Origin: Escherichia coli phage NG_A1
Strand: one strand, 5' to 3'
Length of the DNA stretch: 64,000 bases
Sequence record: LC788705.1
Both the position numbers and the translations under genes were made by a program. The notes beneath the pieces are model-generated. The model had not been told where the DNA came from. It saw nothing but the letters and a program-made list of their open reading frames with translations, and searched no databases. Positions within the stretch are counted from its first letter, which is position 1, and each line of letters starts with the position of its first letter. Shown here in pieces: positions 26,623-36,031 of this stretch.

Positions 26623-29386
26623 CTAGCTCTGACATTGCTTCATCGTGCATATGTTTTTCCTCGTCAGTCATGAACTTATAAGGAATCGGCATACATTCGA
26701 TTTTACAATAGGTTCTGTACCAGTCTACTATATTTTCAGTGTTCATATCCTTACCAATACCCATCATACCAAGATACATTCTTGCATATTTTGGATTAGC
26801 ACTCTGACCTGTTTTAAGGAAGAAGTCCTTCTTCTTACCTTTCAGAGCTTCTATGAATGGTTTAATGGTCACATTTGAACACTTCTTAATATCTTCCCAG
26901 AACATCTCGTGCATCTTATGAAAGAATGCAGCTCGATCATTTGGTTTATCTTTGATATATTGTTCAACATGCTCAACTGTTACATCTTTAATAGACTCAA
27001 GATGATAATAGCGAACAAGAAGTAGTTTAGCTTCATACGCATCTGCATGACGTGGGGCACAGTAATCCGGAGTTGAATGTAGGATAGCTTTGATTCGCTC
27101 TTCTGTATATTCTTTGCCTGCACCTTCGATAGTTCCCCAGCTTTCACTGAAAATATCAATAGTTGCACCCTGATCAAGCAAGTAATAACGTAAGGTACTA
27201 GTATAGTTCCTAGATTCCAGCTCCCTACGACGTGCGTATAATTGCTGTGCTAACTCCAGCCAACCCTCATCAATATTATATTGTTCAGAACCTGCGGAGA
27301 ATCCACTCGTAGATTTATCAATAAAGTAATAAATGTTCTGAGCACCACGGTCGCGCCTGATTGCTTGGAAACGCATGTTTGGCGCTTGGTTGCTGGTTCT
27401 AGTAATAACGAATACGTTATCAAAATAGTTGAAGTCAACGCCACTTGTTACGGATGGACTACATAATAAGCAATCAATTTGTTGGTCAATTAGCTCATTA
27501 GTTGTGTAATCCAGAATACGTCGAATATCTACATCGGATGTAGAATTTGAGTGGATTTCCTTAACTAACGCACCCGTATTACGACGCAATGCCATGCCCT
27601 TCTCATTCAGTTCATCCGGTCCACAGTCAGATACTAGGATAGATTTCTCACCCATCTCTAGAGAAGTCTGAAGTGCAACCCAAATACTGGATTCATCAGG
27701 GAACTCATAAGCATGAGCTTTTGACAGCATTTTACGGTGATGATTATAAAATGCAACTGGTTTATCAAACTCAATCAAAGAACCATATGCTTCAATTGTT
27801 TCTGCACTAATATCCCCATCAGATAATATAATGATTTTTGCAGTTGCAAGAATATCCCGAAGAACCTGAATACATTCACGACGTTGTTTAACAACCGGGG
27901 CGAATAATAGGTCGTTCATTACTGCATCACATTCATCGATAAAGATTGCATCAATTTGACCAATAAAACTCTTGAACTTATGCAAAGAGTGAATAGTTGT
28001 GGACATACGGTCAATAGCACCACGCTTAAAATTAAGCATATCTACAGACTTATCGTATTGTCCTGCACTAAATTTCTTAGCATTTGAAGATACCAGTGCT
28101 CTAGTATTGGTAATTGCTAAAAAATTACCTTTAATAACTCCTGAATCTAACCAACGCACAACCGCCGTGGTTTTACCTGTGCCTAAACTCGCTTTTACAA
28201 AAGTCATATAACCTTCTGGTGGCACAGTATTTAGTTTCAAGAAATTATCAGTTTCTAGAGAATTAGTTTCTAGCTTTTTAAGTGGAATACCTTTTAAAAT
28301 ATCGGGTATATCGCGTTTAGAATTATTAACAAACGCTTTCAGAGCCTGCTTACGACCGTTATTAAAATAATCTTGAATATTACGACTGTTATCTTTAGTT
28401 GCGATATATTCTGATAAGGCTGGACGGATTTCTTTTTCTAGCCATGCAAAATCAACACCATCCTCTAATGCTCTATGGTATAGTTTGGGGATAATACGCA
28501 AGTACACCCCATCCTCAGCTTCTTCTAGTTCGCTGATAGTTTCCTCTACTTTATCAGAGGCAGCTTTTTTACCTTTAATTTGATCGAGTAAAGAGTAAAA
28601 CTCCTCCTTAAACTCACCTCTAGTTGTTTCATAGTCAACCAGATTATTTGGTAAATTTACTTTAGAACCTTTAACAAATACCAGACGTGAAGCACCCTCC
28701 GCTTTAAACGGATCTACTATACCATCGGTAAATAACGGATCTGCAAAATAATGGAGCTGTACGGAAGAGTAATAAGCTAAGTCGGCAATATCAAAGCCGT
28801 ACTTTTGTCTACTACTTTCATTGATAGATGTAAATAAGAATTTGATTTGACCCTGAGTTACTTTAACATTAGATTCTAGTATTAAGTGCATTCGGATACC
28901 TGGTTTTAGCCCAGCCGAAGACGATGCATGAGCGATAAACCCTGCATCAAGAGGAAACATATCCTCACTAATACTATTTAACATCCTAATAATATGTCGA
29001 GCCATGCCAACAAGATCAAACTTGTTACAACCACCTGTATCTACAATACCATCCACGTCCATTGCAATTATATGACTTGGGTTAGATACATTAAAGTTGC
29101 CCTTCTTACGTCGCACATTATTTTTAGGTGCAAGACATCGACCTCGTACCGCAACGATATGAGGGTCAGACGTTAAACGTCTCATAAGAGGAAGCATTTC
29201 TACTAGGGTTTGAGGATCAACTTCATCAATTACATCAAACTTGAAGGGCATTGAGGCTGGTTTACCTTCAGGATGCTTTGAGGAAAATCTTTTAGCAAAA
29301 AGATAGTCTTCTGCTTTAACTTCTCGCCAATTGCCTGTGGCTAAATCGCGATGAAATCCTGCATGACCTTGTAGGATTGAGAACAT
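26597..29386 (-). CDS. Replication origin-binding-protein-like SF2 helicase
   Basis: About 929 aa; Walker A (GTGKTT), DExD-like Walker B (IFIDECDAV); start placed at ATG 29386 with AGGAG RBS, not the TTG at 29464. Confidence 0.7.
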   Translation of the reverse strand: MFSILQGHAGFHRDLATGNWREVKAEDYLFAKRFSSKHPEGKPASMPFKFDVIDEVDPQTLVEMLPLMRRLTSDPHIVAVRGRCLAPKNNVRRKKGNFNVSNPSHIIAMDVDGIVDTGGCNKFDLVGMARHIIRMLNSISEDMFPLDAGFIAHASSSAGLKPGIRMHLILESNVKVTQGQIKFLFTSINESSRQKYGFDIADLAYYSSVQLHYFADPLFTDGIVDPFKAEGASRLVFVKGSKVNLPNNLVDYETTRGEFKEEFYSLLDQIKGKKAASDKVEETISELEEAEDGVYLRIIPKLYHRALEDGVDFAWLEKEIRPALSEYIATKDNSRNIQDYFNNGRKQALKAFVNNSKRDIPDILKGIPLKKLETNSLETDNFLKLNTVPPEGYMTFVKASLGTGKTTAVVRWLDSGVIKGNFLAITNTRALVSSNAKKFSAGQYDKSVDMLNFKRGAIDRMSTTIHSLHKFKSFIGQIDAIFIDECDAVMNDLLFAPVVKQRRECIQVLRDILATAKIIILSDGDISAETIEAYGSLIEFDKPVAFYNHHRKMLSKAHAYEFPDESSIWVALQTSLEMGEKSILVSDCGPDELNEKGMALRRNTGALVKEIHSNSTSDVDIRRILDYTTNELIDQQIDCLLCSPSVTSGVDFNYFDNVFVITRTSNQAPNMRFQAIRRDRGAQNIYYFIDKSTSGFSAGSEQYNIDEGWLELAQQLYARRRELESRNYTSTLRYYLLDQGATIDIFSESWGTIEGAGKEYTEERIKAILHSTPDYCAPRHADAYEAKLLLVRYYHLESIKDVTVEHVEQYIKDKPNDRAAFFHKMHEMFWEDIKKCSNVTIKPFIEALKGKKKDFFLKTGQSANPKYARMYLGMMGIGKDMNTENIVDWYRTYCKIECMPIPYKFMTDEEKHMHDEAMSELGARNDSEE

Positions 29387-29885
29387 AACAATACTCCTGT
29401 GTTGGAAATAAAATAAGTTTTCTTTAGGACTATTCAGAAAGAATAGAACAACTGTTACTGTCAATTTCTCAACAAATTAATCGCAAATACTGAAGTGGGG
29501 TGGCAACTTCCACTTTCACGCTGCGCTGCTGCTTTGCTATATCGCACAAATCCTTGAGGATGGCCGCTAAGCCAGATTTGCTCACCTAATGCTTCATATA
29601 CTAGCTCATACTAGATGCAATATAACTTACAGAATCACGTCTCGGAGTTTTTCACTCCTCCCATCTCACTTCACAACCACCTCATACTAGGTTGCTTCGA
29701 GGCCTTACCAGGGTTCCTATGGGACGCAGATCGCTAAGTATTCTATTAACTATTTGTTTAAAAACTAACACGTAACAGTTAAAACAACCCTTAATGGGGC
29801 AGCCTAACTGTTCCGTATCGCGGATTGTAAACAAGAAAAATTAGCAAAATCAATTTTTACTAATGTCTCTCAATTCAATATAAAT

Positions 29886-29914
29886 ATTATATCAAGATTT
29901 TGGGCATCCTGCAA
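29886..29914 (-). promoter_or_regulatory. Promoter driving the long non-coding leader upstream of the origin-binding-protein gene
   Basis: Minus-strand TTGCAG-N17-TATAAT; about 480 nt of ORF-free transcript would precede the gene. Confidence 0.55.
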
Positions 29915-30005
29915 GTAAAATTTTCCGGATGGTGCTATCATTGGTCTTGAGTACGGATAAAACCGAGCCAAAATGACTCGGTAATCAGAGTTCAGCTAAT
30001 AAAAA

Positions 30006-30398
30006 TCATTCATCATTTAAGCCTGGAACATAAATCCCAACACGGTTTAATTGTTCTTTAGCTTCTTTGAGAATATCTGGAGTGTACTCCCAAATATCAT
30101 CTTCCACCTGTAAAAGATGGGGCGAACAACCATCATCCGACACACGACATATGGCCAAACCACGTGGGTGGAACAAAGAGAAATTTAGGGCAACAATTAA
30201 ACCCATAGCAGACAACTCATTCCAATCCAACTCCCATTCCCCCGCGTAGCCGGATAGGAAAACACCAACACAGGGATCATCTATTTGCTGCTCCGGAAAA
30301 GTGAAGGAGGCTTGTCTTACCCCCAACCAACGTTGCAGCAGCTTCTCCCCACGTTTCACCAAACTAGGATCAATCTGACGCCAATATACTTGTTCCAT
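30006..30398 (-). CDS. Hypothetical protein, tandem paralog A
   Basis: 130 aa; shares PC(V/I)G...W.EL..MGL..ALN..LF.P...PGL pattern with 30408-30836. Confidence 0.5.
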   Translation of the reverse strand: MEQVYWRQIDPSLVKRGEKLLQRWLGVRQASFTFPEQQIDDPCVGVFLSGYAGEWELDWNELSAMGLIVALNFSLFHPRGLAICRVSDDGCSPHLLQVEDDIWEYTPDILKEAKEQLNRVGIYVPGLNDE

Positions 30399-30407
30399 TC
30401 TGCCTCC

Positions 30408-30836
30408 TTAAGCAGTTAAACCTGGGATCATATACCCGAAACGTCGAAGTTTCTGAATCCCCTCATTTACTTCTTCCGGTGAGTAAGACCAACCATAACG
30501 TTCATTAACCTGAAAACCAGGAGATTCACTAGTTTTATAGTTAACAACAAGGCGATGCTTAGCAGGCATAAACAGCTTATAATTTAACGCAAAAACTAAG
30601 CCCATTTCGTCTAACTCTTTCCAGCCCACAATCTCTTCAAGACCCTCCTCTACCTGCACAATTAAACCAATACAGGGAGCCTCATCAATATCATCTTTAA
30701 AAGCAAAGGAGATTTCGTTATTCTCACACCATATTTTCAAAGAGTTAATAGCCTCATTATACAGGCTAGCTGGGAGAGTACGCCAAAAGTTAGCCAAAAT
30801 TGGGTTAGCTTTTTTAGAGAATACATTATTGAACAT
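30408..30836 (-). CDS. Hypothetical protein, tandem paralog B
   Basis: 142 aa; paralog of 30006-30398. Confidence 0.5.
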   Translation of the reverse strand: MFNNVFSKKANPILANFWRTLPASLYNEAINSLKIWCENNEISFAFKDDIDEAPCIGLIVQVEEGLEEIVGWKELDEMGLVFALNYKLFMPAKHRLVVNYKTSESPGFQVNERYGWSYSPEEVNEGIQKLRRFGYMIPGLTA

Positions 30837-30838
30837 AT

Positions 30839-31345
30839 TTACACCTTAAATTGTTGCAAGGATTTACACATTTCAAGATCTGGGCTAAATTCTAGCATAT
30901 AGCTAACAGCTTTTAAATCTTGAAGATTTATCCCAGTCCTACCATTGACTATAACCGTTGGATACTGGTACATCATAGCACCAGCGTCATCCAGAACACA
31001 CCAATGTTTGAGCTTATGCTTTTCAACGAAGCGAAGAACAGAATTACCCCTAGATAATCCACCCCCAGTAAAATCCGTTGTACCAAGAAAACGATCGATA
31101 AGACCTAATCCGGTCATAATCTGAACGTTCTCCATCTCATTCCTGACAGAGAACCATGAGGATACTCCAACAATCATTATCGGAGAAGGACGAATAAAGT
31201 CCTGAAAAGCCTTGAGAAGCGGTTTGAAAACCCAATCACTTCCAAAGAAAATCTTTTCGTCATCAGGTGCATGATGGTGGGAGATGCTCGAATTGAGCAC
31301 CCCATCAATATCTAGAAAAATAATTGGAGTATTACTTATTTCCAT
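30839..31345 (-). CDS. HAD-superfamily phosphatase-like protein
   Basis: N-terminal DxDGV motif (IIFLDIDGVLN) and later VLDDAG typical of HAD hydrolases. Confidence 0.6.
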   Translation of the reverse strand: MEISNTPIIFLDIDGVLNSSISHHHAPDDEKIFFGSDWVFKPLLKAFQDFIRPSPIMIVGVSSWFSVRNEMENVQIMTGLGLIDRFLGTTDFTGGGLSRGNSVLRFVEKHKLKHWCVLDDAGAMMYQYPTVIVNGRTGINLQDLKAVSYMLEFSPDLEMCKSLQQFKV

Positions 31346-31541
31346 TTTTGTTCCTTTCTAAGAACCTATCATACTCAACCGTATCAACATATATAACACC
31401 ATAGTCATCGGATTTATAGTCCATCTCCCACAGCTCACAGCGATAGCACCAACTACCATCCGCCCATACAAATATATCATCGGGGTGTGTATACACAGAT
31501 TTAACTATGGACATACCTGTTTCCCTTGCTTCTCGACACAT
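31332..31541 (-). CDS. Hypothetical small protein
   Basis: 69-aa ORF overlapping neighbours. Confidence 0.35.
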   Translation of the reverse strand: MCREARETGMSIVKSVYTHPDDIFVWADGSWCYRCELWEMDYKSDDYGVIYVDTVEYDRFLERNKNGNK

Positions 31542-32337
31542 AAGGTCTACCCTCTAAATGAGCTTCTACACGAGCAATAAAATCAGGATCACTAAAAGCA
31601 TCTACCGCACCTTTACTCCAGTAAGGGACACCACGTTCTTCCAGCTGGTACATCTCACTACGAGTCATACCTTGATAGCCCGGTTCCGCCGCGAGGGCAC
31701 TATCATAGTAGTTAACTACCATAAATTTCGCAGCAGTCCTATTAAGAACAGGAAATAATTCCCAGTAGAAGTTAATTACTTGGTTAGAGCAACCAACCAC
31801 AATGATCATATCTTGACTGGTAATACCATCAAAAACATTATACATTTCTGCGTATGCAGGAGCATGCTCTCCAAAGAAGATTACATTAGGTTTAACCCAT
31901 TTATAATCATCTGGATCAATAGAATTGTATCCTACATCAATAATCCGTTTATTGCTACTATTGTAGCTATCAGCTACAACAACCTCTTTTAAATATCCGT
32001 GAATATGCAGAATGTCACTATGTGGAACGCCAGCACGCTCAATAAGGTCATCAACGTTGGTAGTCAAGTTTACTACTTGACCTGGATATTGTTTATACCA
32101 TTCACCAATACGCAAATGCGCAAGATTGGGTTCAACAGTTTTTAGCTCTTCACGACGCTTGTTGTAAAACATATGGGTTTTATGATAAAAATTACCACGA
32201 AAGGCATGAATATTACATACTTCTTCTAGATCATAGTCATCCCACAATGCTTTACCACTAGCAGTATCAGTACGGAAGGCTCGTACACCACTTTCAACAC
32301 TCAAACCCGCACCACTAATAATAATTAATCTACGCAT
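31501..32337 (-). CDS. Sir2-family (sirtuin-like) NAD-dependent enzyme lacking the zinc ribbon
   Basis: Sirtuin motifs GAGxS...G...FR (ISGAGLSVESGVRAFR), TQN(I/V)D-like (LTTNVDDL), catalytic HG (ILHIHG); no CxxC...CxxC zinc module. Confidence 0.65.
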   Translation of the reverse strand: MRRLIIISGAGLSVESGVRAFRTDTASGKALWDDYDLEEVCNIHAFRGNFYHKTHMFYNKRREELKTVEPNLAHLRIGEWYKQYPGQVVNLTTNVDDLIERAGVPHSDILHIHGYLKEVVVADSYNSSNKRIIDVGYNSIDPDDYKWVKPNVIFFGEHAPAYAEMYNVFDGITSQDMIIVVGCSNQVINFYWELFPVLNRTAAKFMVVNYYDSALAAEPGYQGMTRSEMYQLEERGVPYWSKGAVDAFSDPDFIARVEAHLEGRPYVSRSKGNRYVHS

Positions 32338-32551
32338 TTTTCACCTGTTCTCTGAAGTTTTGCCCAATACTGTCTAATAGCTCAGCTAATTCTTTATTGC
32401 CTTTCTCCATTAAGGTATTAGCAATAACTTCTAGCATAGTAGCGCAGGATTCAACACCATCCTTATAGCCAGTTTCCCAGTGCTGCATTAATGCGTTTTC
32501 CAAAGCGGCGTTTAAACCCTTATCTGGTAGCATCGGCTTCGAGAATGCCAT
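32330..32551 (-). CDS. Hypothetical protein
   Basis: 73-aa ORF. Confidence 0.4.
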   Translation of the reverse strand: MAFSKPMLPDKGLNAALENALMQHWETGYKDGVESCATMLEVIANTLMEKGNKELAELLDSIGQNFREQVKNA

Positions 32552-32744
32552 AAAGTTTCTCCTCTAGTTCCATAACACGATTTTCATAAGAGGCACGCAA
32601 CTTTTCAATTGCCAGCGCACGCACTGTAACCTCATTAGAATTAATAGCTAACTGGGCCAGATCTTCTGTTTCCATACGTCCATTGTAAATTAAGCGATAT
32701 TTAAGATGTTTTACATTCTTAGTCATTATTAAACTCCACTGCAA
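32520..32744 (-). CDS. Hypothetical protein
   Basis: 74-aa ORF. Confidence 0.4.
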   Translation of the reverse strand: MQWSLIMTKNVKHLKYRLIYNGRMETEDLAQLAINSNEVTVRALAIEKLRASYENRVMELEEKLYGILEADATR

Positions 32745-33099
32745 CTGTTTCTAGGTCTTCATCAGAAAAATTAGAGTATACATCTTTAAGATATTGTTTA
32801 ATGCCTTCAGTAATATCTTCGTATCCCTCAGGACTACGTTGGTATACTTTTAGTACTCTATTATAAACAAATTCAATATCATACTTTATTTCACCCTCAT
32901 CCTCTTCAAACAAGCAATCTGAGTTATACGGTGATACATCTAGATTTGTTTCTACCCAATCACCAATAATTGATGAATATCCAATACCCTCTAGATGGGA
33001 ATAATCTCCAGTAGATGCAAAAATAGCTTCTCTAAGATCGTCTACGCCAAGATGGAAACCACCACATGTAGACTCAACTATATAGGGCTTTAATTCCAT
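32719..33099 (-). CDS. Hypothetical acidic protein
   Basis: 126-aa ORF downstream of promoter 33128-33156. Confidence 0.45.
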   Translation of the reverse strand: MELKPYIVESTCGGFHLGVDDLREAIFASTGDYSHLEGIGYSSIIGDWVETNLDVSPYNSDCLFEEDEGEIKYDIEFVYNRVLKVYQRSPEGYEDITEGIKQYLKDVYSNFSDEDLETVAVEFNND

Positions 33100-33127
33100 A
33101 TCTTTCTCCTCTCAAATTTATAAATCT

Positions 33128-33156
33128 ATTATATATAAATTTTTGGCTGAAAGCAA
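33128..33156 (-). promoter_or_regulatory. Early promoter
   Basis: Minus-strand TTGCTT-N17-TATAAT; conserved AAATTTGAGAGGAG leader. Confidence 0.65.
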
Positions 33157-33162
33157 ATAAAA

Positions 33163-33195
33163 TAAAAGCCAGGTCGACTAGCAACCCGGCTGATT
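33163..33195 (-). terminator. Terminator downstream of nrdD
   Basis: Minus-strand hairpin (AGCCGG...CCTGGCT) followed by TTTTATTTT. Confidence 0.55.
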
Positions 33196-33198
33196 AGC

Positions 33199-35046
33199 TT
33201 ATTTAGCTCGAATATCCTGATGTTTCACCCTGCCCATCACCTCGTGCTGTTTGCCAGGGTTAAATGGACGAGCACCCGGATTTCCAAGATACCCACAAAC
33301 TCGACGAGTTACTTCAAGAGTTTCGGGGTCATGATTACCACAGATAGGGCACTTAAATCCATCTTCGGATGCTATTGTTTCACCTAAGAATCCACATTTA
33401 CCACAAGAATCCACTGGAGTATTAATACCGAAGTAATGAACTTTACTAGCAGCATAATTAATAACCCATTCCAGTGCATCTGGGAATCGTTTCATATCTG
33501 GTAGTTCTACATAGGAAATGCACCCACCAGAAGCAATCGGAGTAAAATTAGATTCATAATCAAATTTCACATTGGGAGCAACTTTGCGTTCTACATCAAG
33601 GTGGTGCGAGTTAGTGTAGTATCCTTTAGACAGAATATCTTCATGCTCCGGGAAATATTCACGGTCTAGACGACAAAAACGATCACATAGGGATTCTGAT
33701 GGTGTAGCATACAGGCTATAACCTAACTTAGTTTCTTCCTTCTTCTGATCGACTCTATCCCGCATGTACTGCAATACACGCTGAACAAATTTGATGCAGG
33801 TCTCGGACATTGTGTCCACATCTTTGCCAAACATGAACTGTAGCATTTCATGGCAACCAATATACCCTAGAGATACAGAAGCACGGTTATAGAAATGATC
33901 AAATACATATTCATCAGGCTCCAAGCGTAACCCAAAGGCTCCTGACATATAGAGGATGGGTGCAGCTTTAGCTTGGATGTATTTTAAGCGATCAACTCTC
34001 CACTCCAATGCTTTTAACGCTGTATCCACACGTAGCTCAAGCAAATCAAAGAATAGATCAATATTTCCTTCAGCTTCGATAGCAATTCTAGGCAAGTTTA
34101 CAGAAACAACACCTAAGTTATTACGACCGGCAGTTTCACCATCTTCTGTAGCAGCTAGGAATGAACGGCAACCCATAGAAACTTTATAGTCTCCAGTAAC
34201 TTCCACAACCTTATCATAGCTGATATAATCTGGATACATACGTTCAGACGTACATTTCATAGCTAACTTCTTGATGTCATAATTAACATCTCCTGGTTTC
34301 ATATTTACGCCATCACGAAGTACAAATACCAGTTTCGGGAAGATAGCTGTACGTTTATTGATACCTAAACCATCCATGCGTACTTTCAGTATTGCTTTCT
34401 GTACTAGACGTGCTTCCCAAGAAGTTCCTAGACCAAAACCAAAGGTAATAAATGGACTCTGACCGTTAGAGTTGAACATCGTATTGATTTCATACTCTAG
34501 ACCCTGACAGGCATCATAGACTTCCTTTTCAGTCATCTCCGTAGCCATTACGGATGCTTTGGCTTCATCCTTAGTCCAACGTTTTGCAAACGCATGATTT
34601 TTGTCATATGATTTACGAACATAAGGGGCTAATACTTCATCAAGGCGGTCTACAGAAGTACCACCATACTGATGGGAGCTAACCTGAGTGATAATCTGAG
34701 CAGTAATAGCCGCCGCAGTAGTGATAGAGTTTGGAGTGCTAATTTCAGCATTACCAACCTTCATACCATTCTTCAACATATCTTCCAAAGCTACCAGACA
34801 ACAGTTAGTCATGCCTAATGCAGCATAATCAGCATCATGGAAATGAATATCCCCAATCATATGAGCATTTCGAATCTGGATTGGCATTTCTTCTAGAATT
34901 AGATACTTACTCAATTCACCTGCAAGCATATCCCTTTGTGTAGGGAAACGTTCTGAGGGTTTATTAGCATTATTAAACAGCAGCTCTTCATCTGCTGACC
35001 CTTCGATAATCTCTTTGCAGTTTCTAATCAATTCATCTTTGTTCAT
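33199..35046 (-). CDS. nrdD: Anaerobic ribonucleoside-triphosphate reductase (class III)
   Basis: 615 aa; C-terminal glycyl-radical motif RVCGYLG and Zn site (CGKCG...CPICG). Confidence 0.9.
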   Translation of the reverse strand: MNKDELIRNCKEIIEGSADEELLFNNANKPSERFPTQRDMLAGELSKYLILEEMPIQIRNAHMIGDIHFHDADYAALGMTNCCLVALEDMLKNGMKVGNAEISTPNSITTAAAITAQIITQVSSHQYGGTSVDRLDEVLAPYVRKSYDKNHAFAKRWTKDEAKASVMATEMTEKEVYDACQGLEYEINTMFNSNGQSPFITFGFGLGTSWEARLVQKAILKVRMDGLGINKRTAIFPKLVFVLRDGVNMKPGDVNYDIKKLAMKCTSERMYPDYISYDKVVEVTGDYKVSMGCRSFLAATEDGETAGRNNLGVVSVNLPRIAIEAEGNIDLFFDLLELRVDTALKALEWRVDRLKYIQAKAAPILYMSGAFGLRLEPDEYVFDHFYNRASVSLGYIGCHEMLQFMFGKDVDTMSETCIKFVQRVLQYMRDRVDQKKEETKLGYSLYATPSESLCDRFCRLDREYFPEHEDILSKGYYTNSHHLDVERKVAPNVKFDYESNFTPIASGGCISYVELPDMKRFPDALEWVINYAASKVHYFGINTPVDSCGKCGFLGETIASEDGFKCPICGNHDPETLEVTRRVCGYLGNPGARPFNPGKQHEVMGRVKHQDIRAK

Positions 35047-35704
35047 TAATTATTTCCTCAATAAACCTTGCTACTACTTCTGGCTCAATACTAAAAAATT
35101 CTGTAGCACCATCAAAATCTTTATATTGACAATTATATTCCTTAAACTGTAAATGGGTTTCTCTCTCAATATGCATAGCTTTTGATCTATCTGAAAAGCT
35201 ATACTCCTTAAATATTTTTAAATCATGTATGTTAGAGGAAGTTTTAATATCTCTGAGTCTATCTTTAGTTCTGCTAGACACACCTATTTTGGTTCCCACA
35301 TTACTTACTAAAATATATACGTTAGTAGGATAATTATCCTTCTCTAATAAACATATAGGACAACCAGAATTATGATTTCTAACACTATCAAGTGTAGACT
35401 CCCATTTATGATCATTCTCACAGCTGAACATGATTTTACTCTTGGAATTGATGTATTTACCTTCCATCTTTATTCCACGGGCAGCTAAAGATTCATTTAC
35501 TTCTTTAAGATCTAAAGTACGGCTAGCACAATAAGGGCAACCTCTACCACCTTTTACGTTATCTACTCTAGCTTCCCAACTATGCCCATTAGAGCACTTA
35601 AATATAGCCTTGGATTTAGCTGATATATACGTGCTTAGCATAACTATCCCTCTAGGAGCAAGTGCTAAGTTCACATCTTCTGTAGTTATTTTCTTTCTTA
35701 CCAT
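35033..35704 (-). CDS. Putative endonuclease with tandem zinc ribbons and GIY-YIG/T5orf172-like C-terminal domain
   Basis: Two CxxGHxW...CPxC zinc ribbons; C-terminal YILVSN...KIGVSSR...R pattern resembling GIY-YIG-related domain. Confidence 0.45.
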   Translation of the reverse strand: MVRKKITTEDVNLALAPRGIVMLSTYISAKSKAIFKCSNGHSWEARVDNVKGGRGCPYCASRTLDLKEVNESLAARGIKMEGKYINSKSKIMFSCENDHKWESTLDSVRNHNSGCPICLLEKDNYPTNVYILVSNVGTKIGVSSRTKDRLRDIKTSSNIHDLKIFKEYSFSDRSKAMHIERETHLQFKEYNCQYKDFDGATEFFSIEPEVVARFIEEIINEQR

Positions 35705-35720
35705 TAAATTCTCCTTAATT

Positions 35721-35751
35721 CACATATTATACATAATTCCACCCCATACGT
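35721..35751 (-). promoter_or_regulatory. Leftward promoter of divergent control region
   Basis: Minus-strand TTGACG-N17-TATAAT at the edge of the AT-rich 35705-36031 spacer. Confidence 0.5.
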
Positions 35752-35926
35752 CAACTACATTTTTCTAATACTATTTGACTTTTGATTTTTATCAATTTTT
35801 ATTGATGCTATACAGCATAATATCTTTACATATAAATAAATGATTATCTAGTATCATATTTCTACCTTTATAAGCAAGTAAATTTTTTATTTAAAAGCAA
35901 TATCATAGGTTTATTTAAAATTATAC

Positions 35927-35955
35927 TTGCTTTTTGCTGTAAACCTTGTTATAAT
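35927..35955 (+). promoter_or_regulatory. Rightward early promoter (phoH operon)
   Basis: TTGCTT-N17-TATAAT with A/T-rich upstream element. Confidence 0.65.
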
Positions 35956-36031
35956 ATATTTGTAAGTTGATAAACAAGATCTCTTTGTTGATCCTCTGTT
36001 AGAAGCGAAGTACACTATAGGAGTGTTATTT

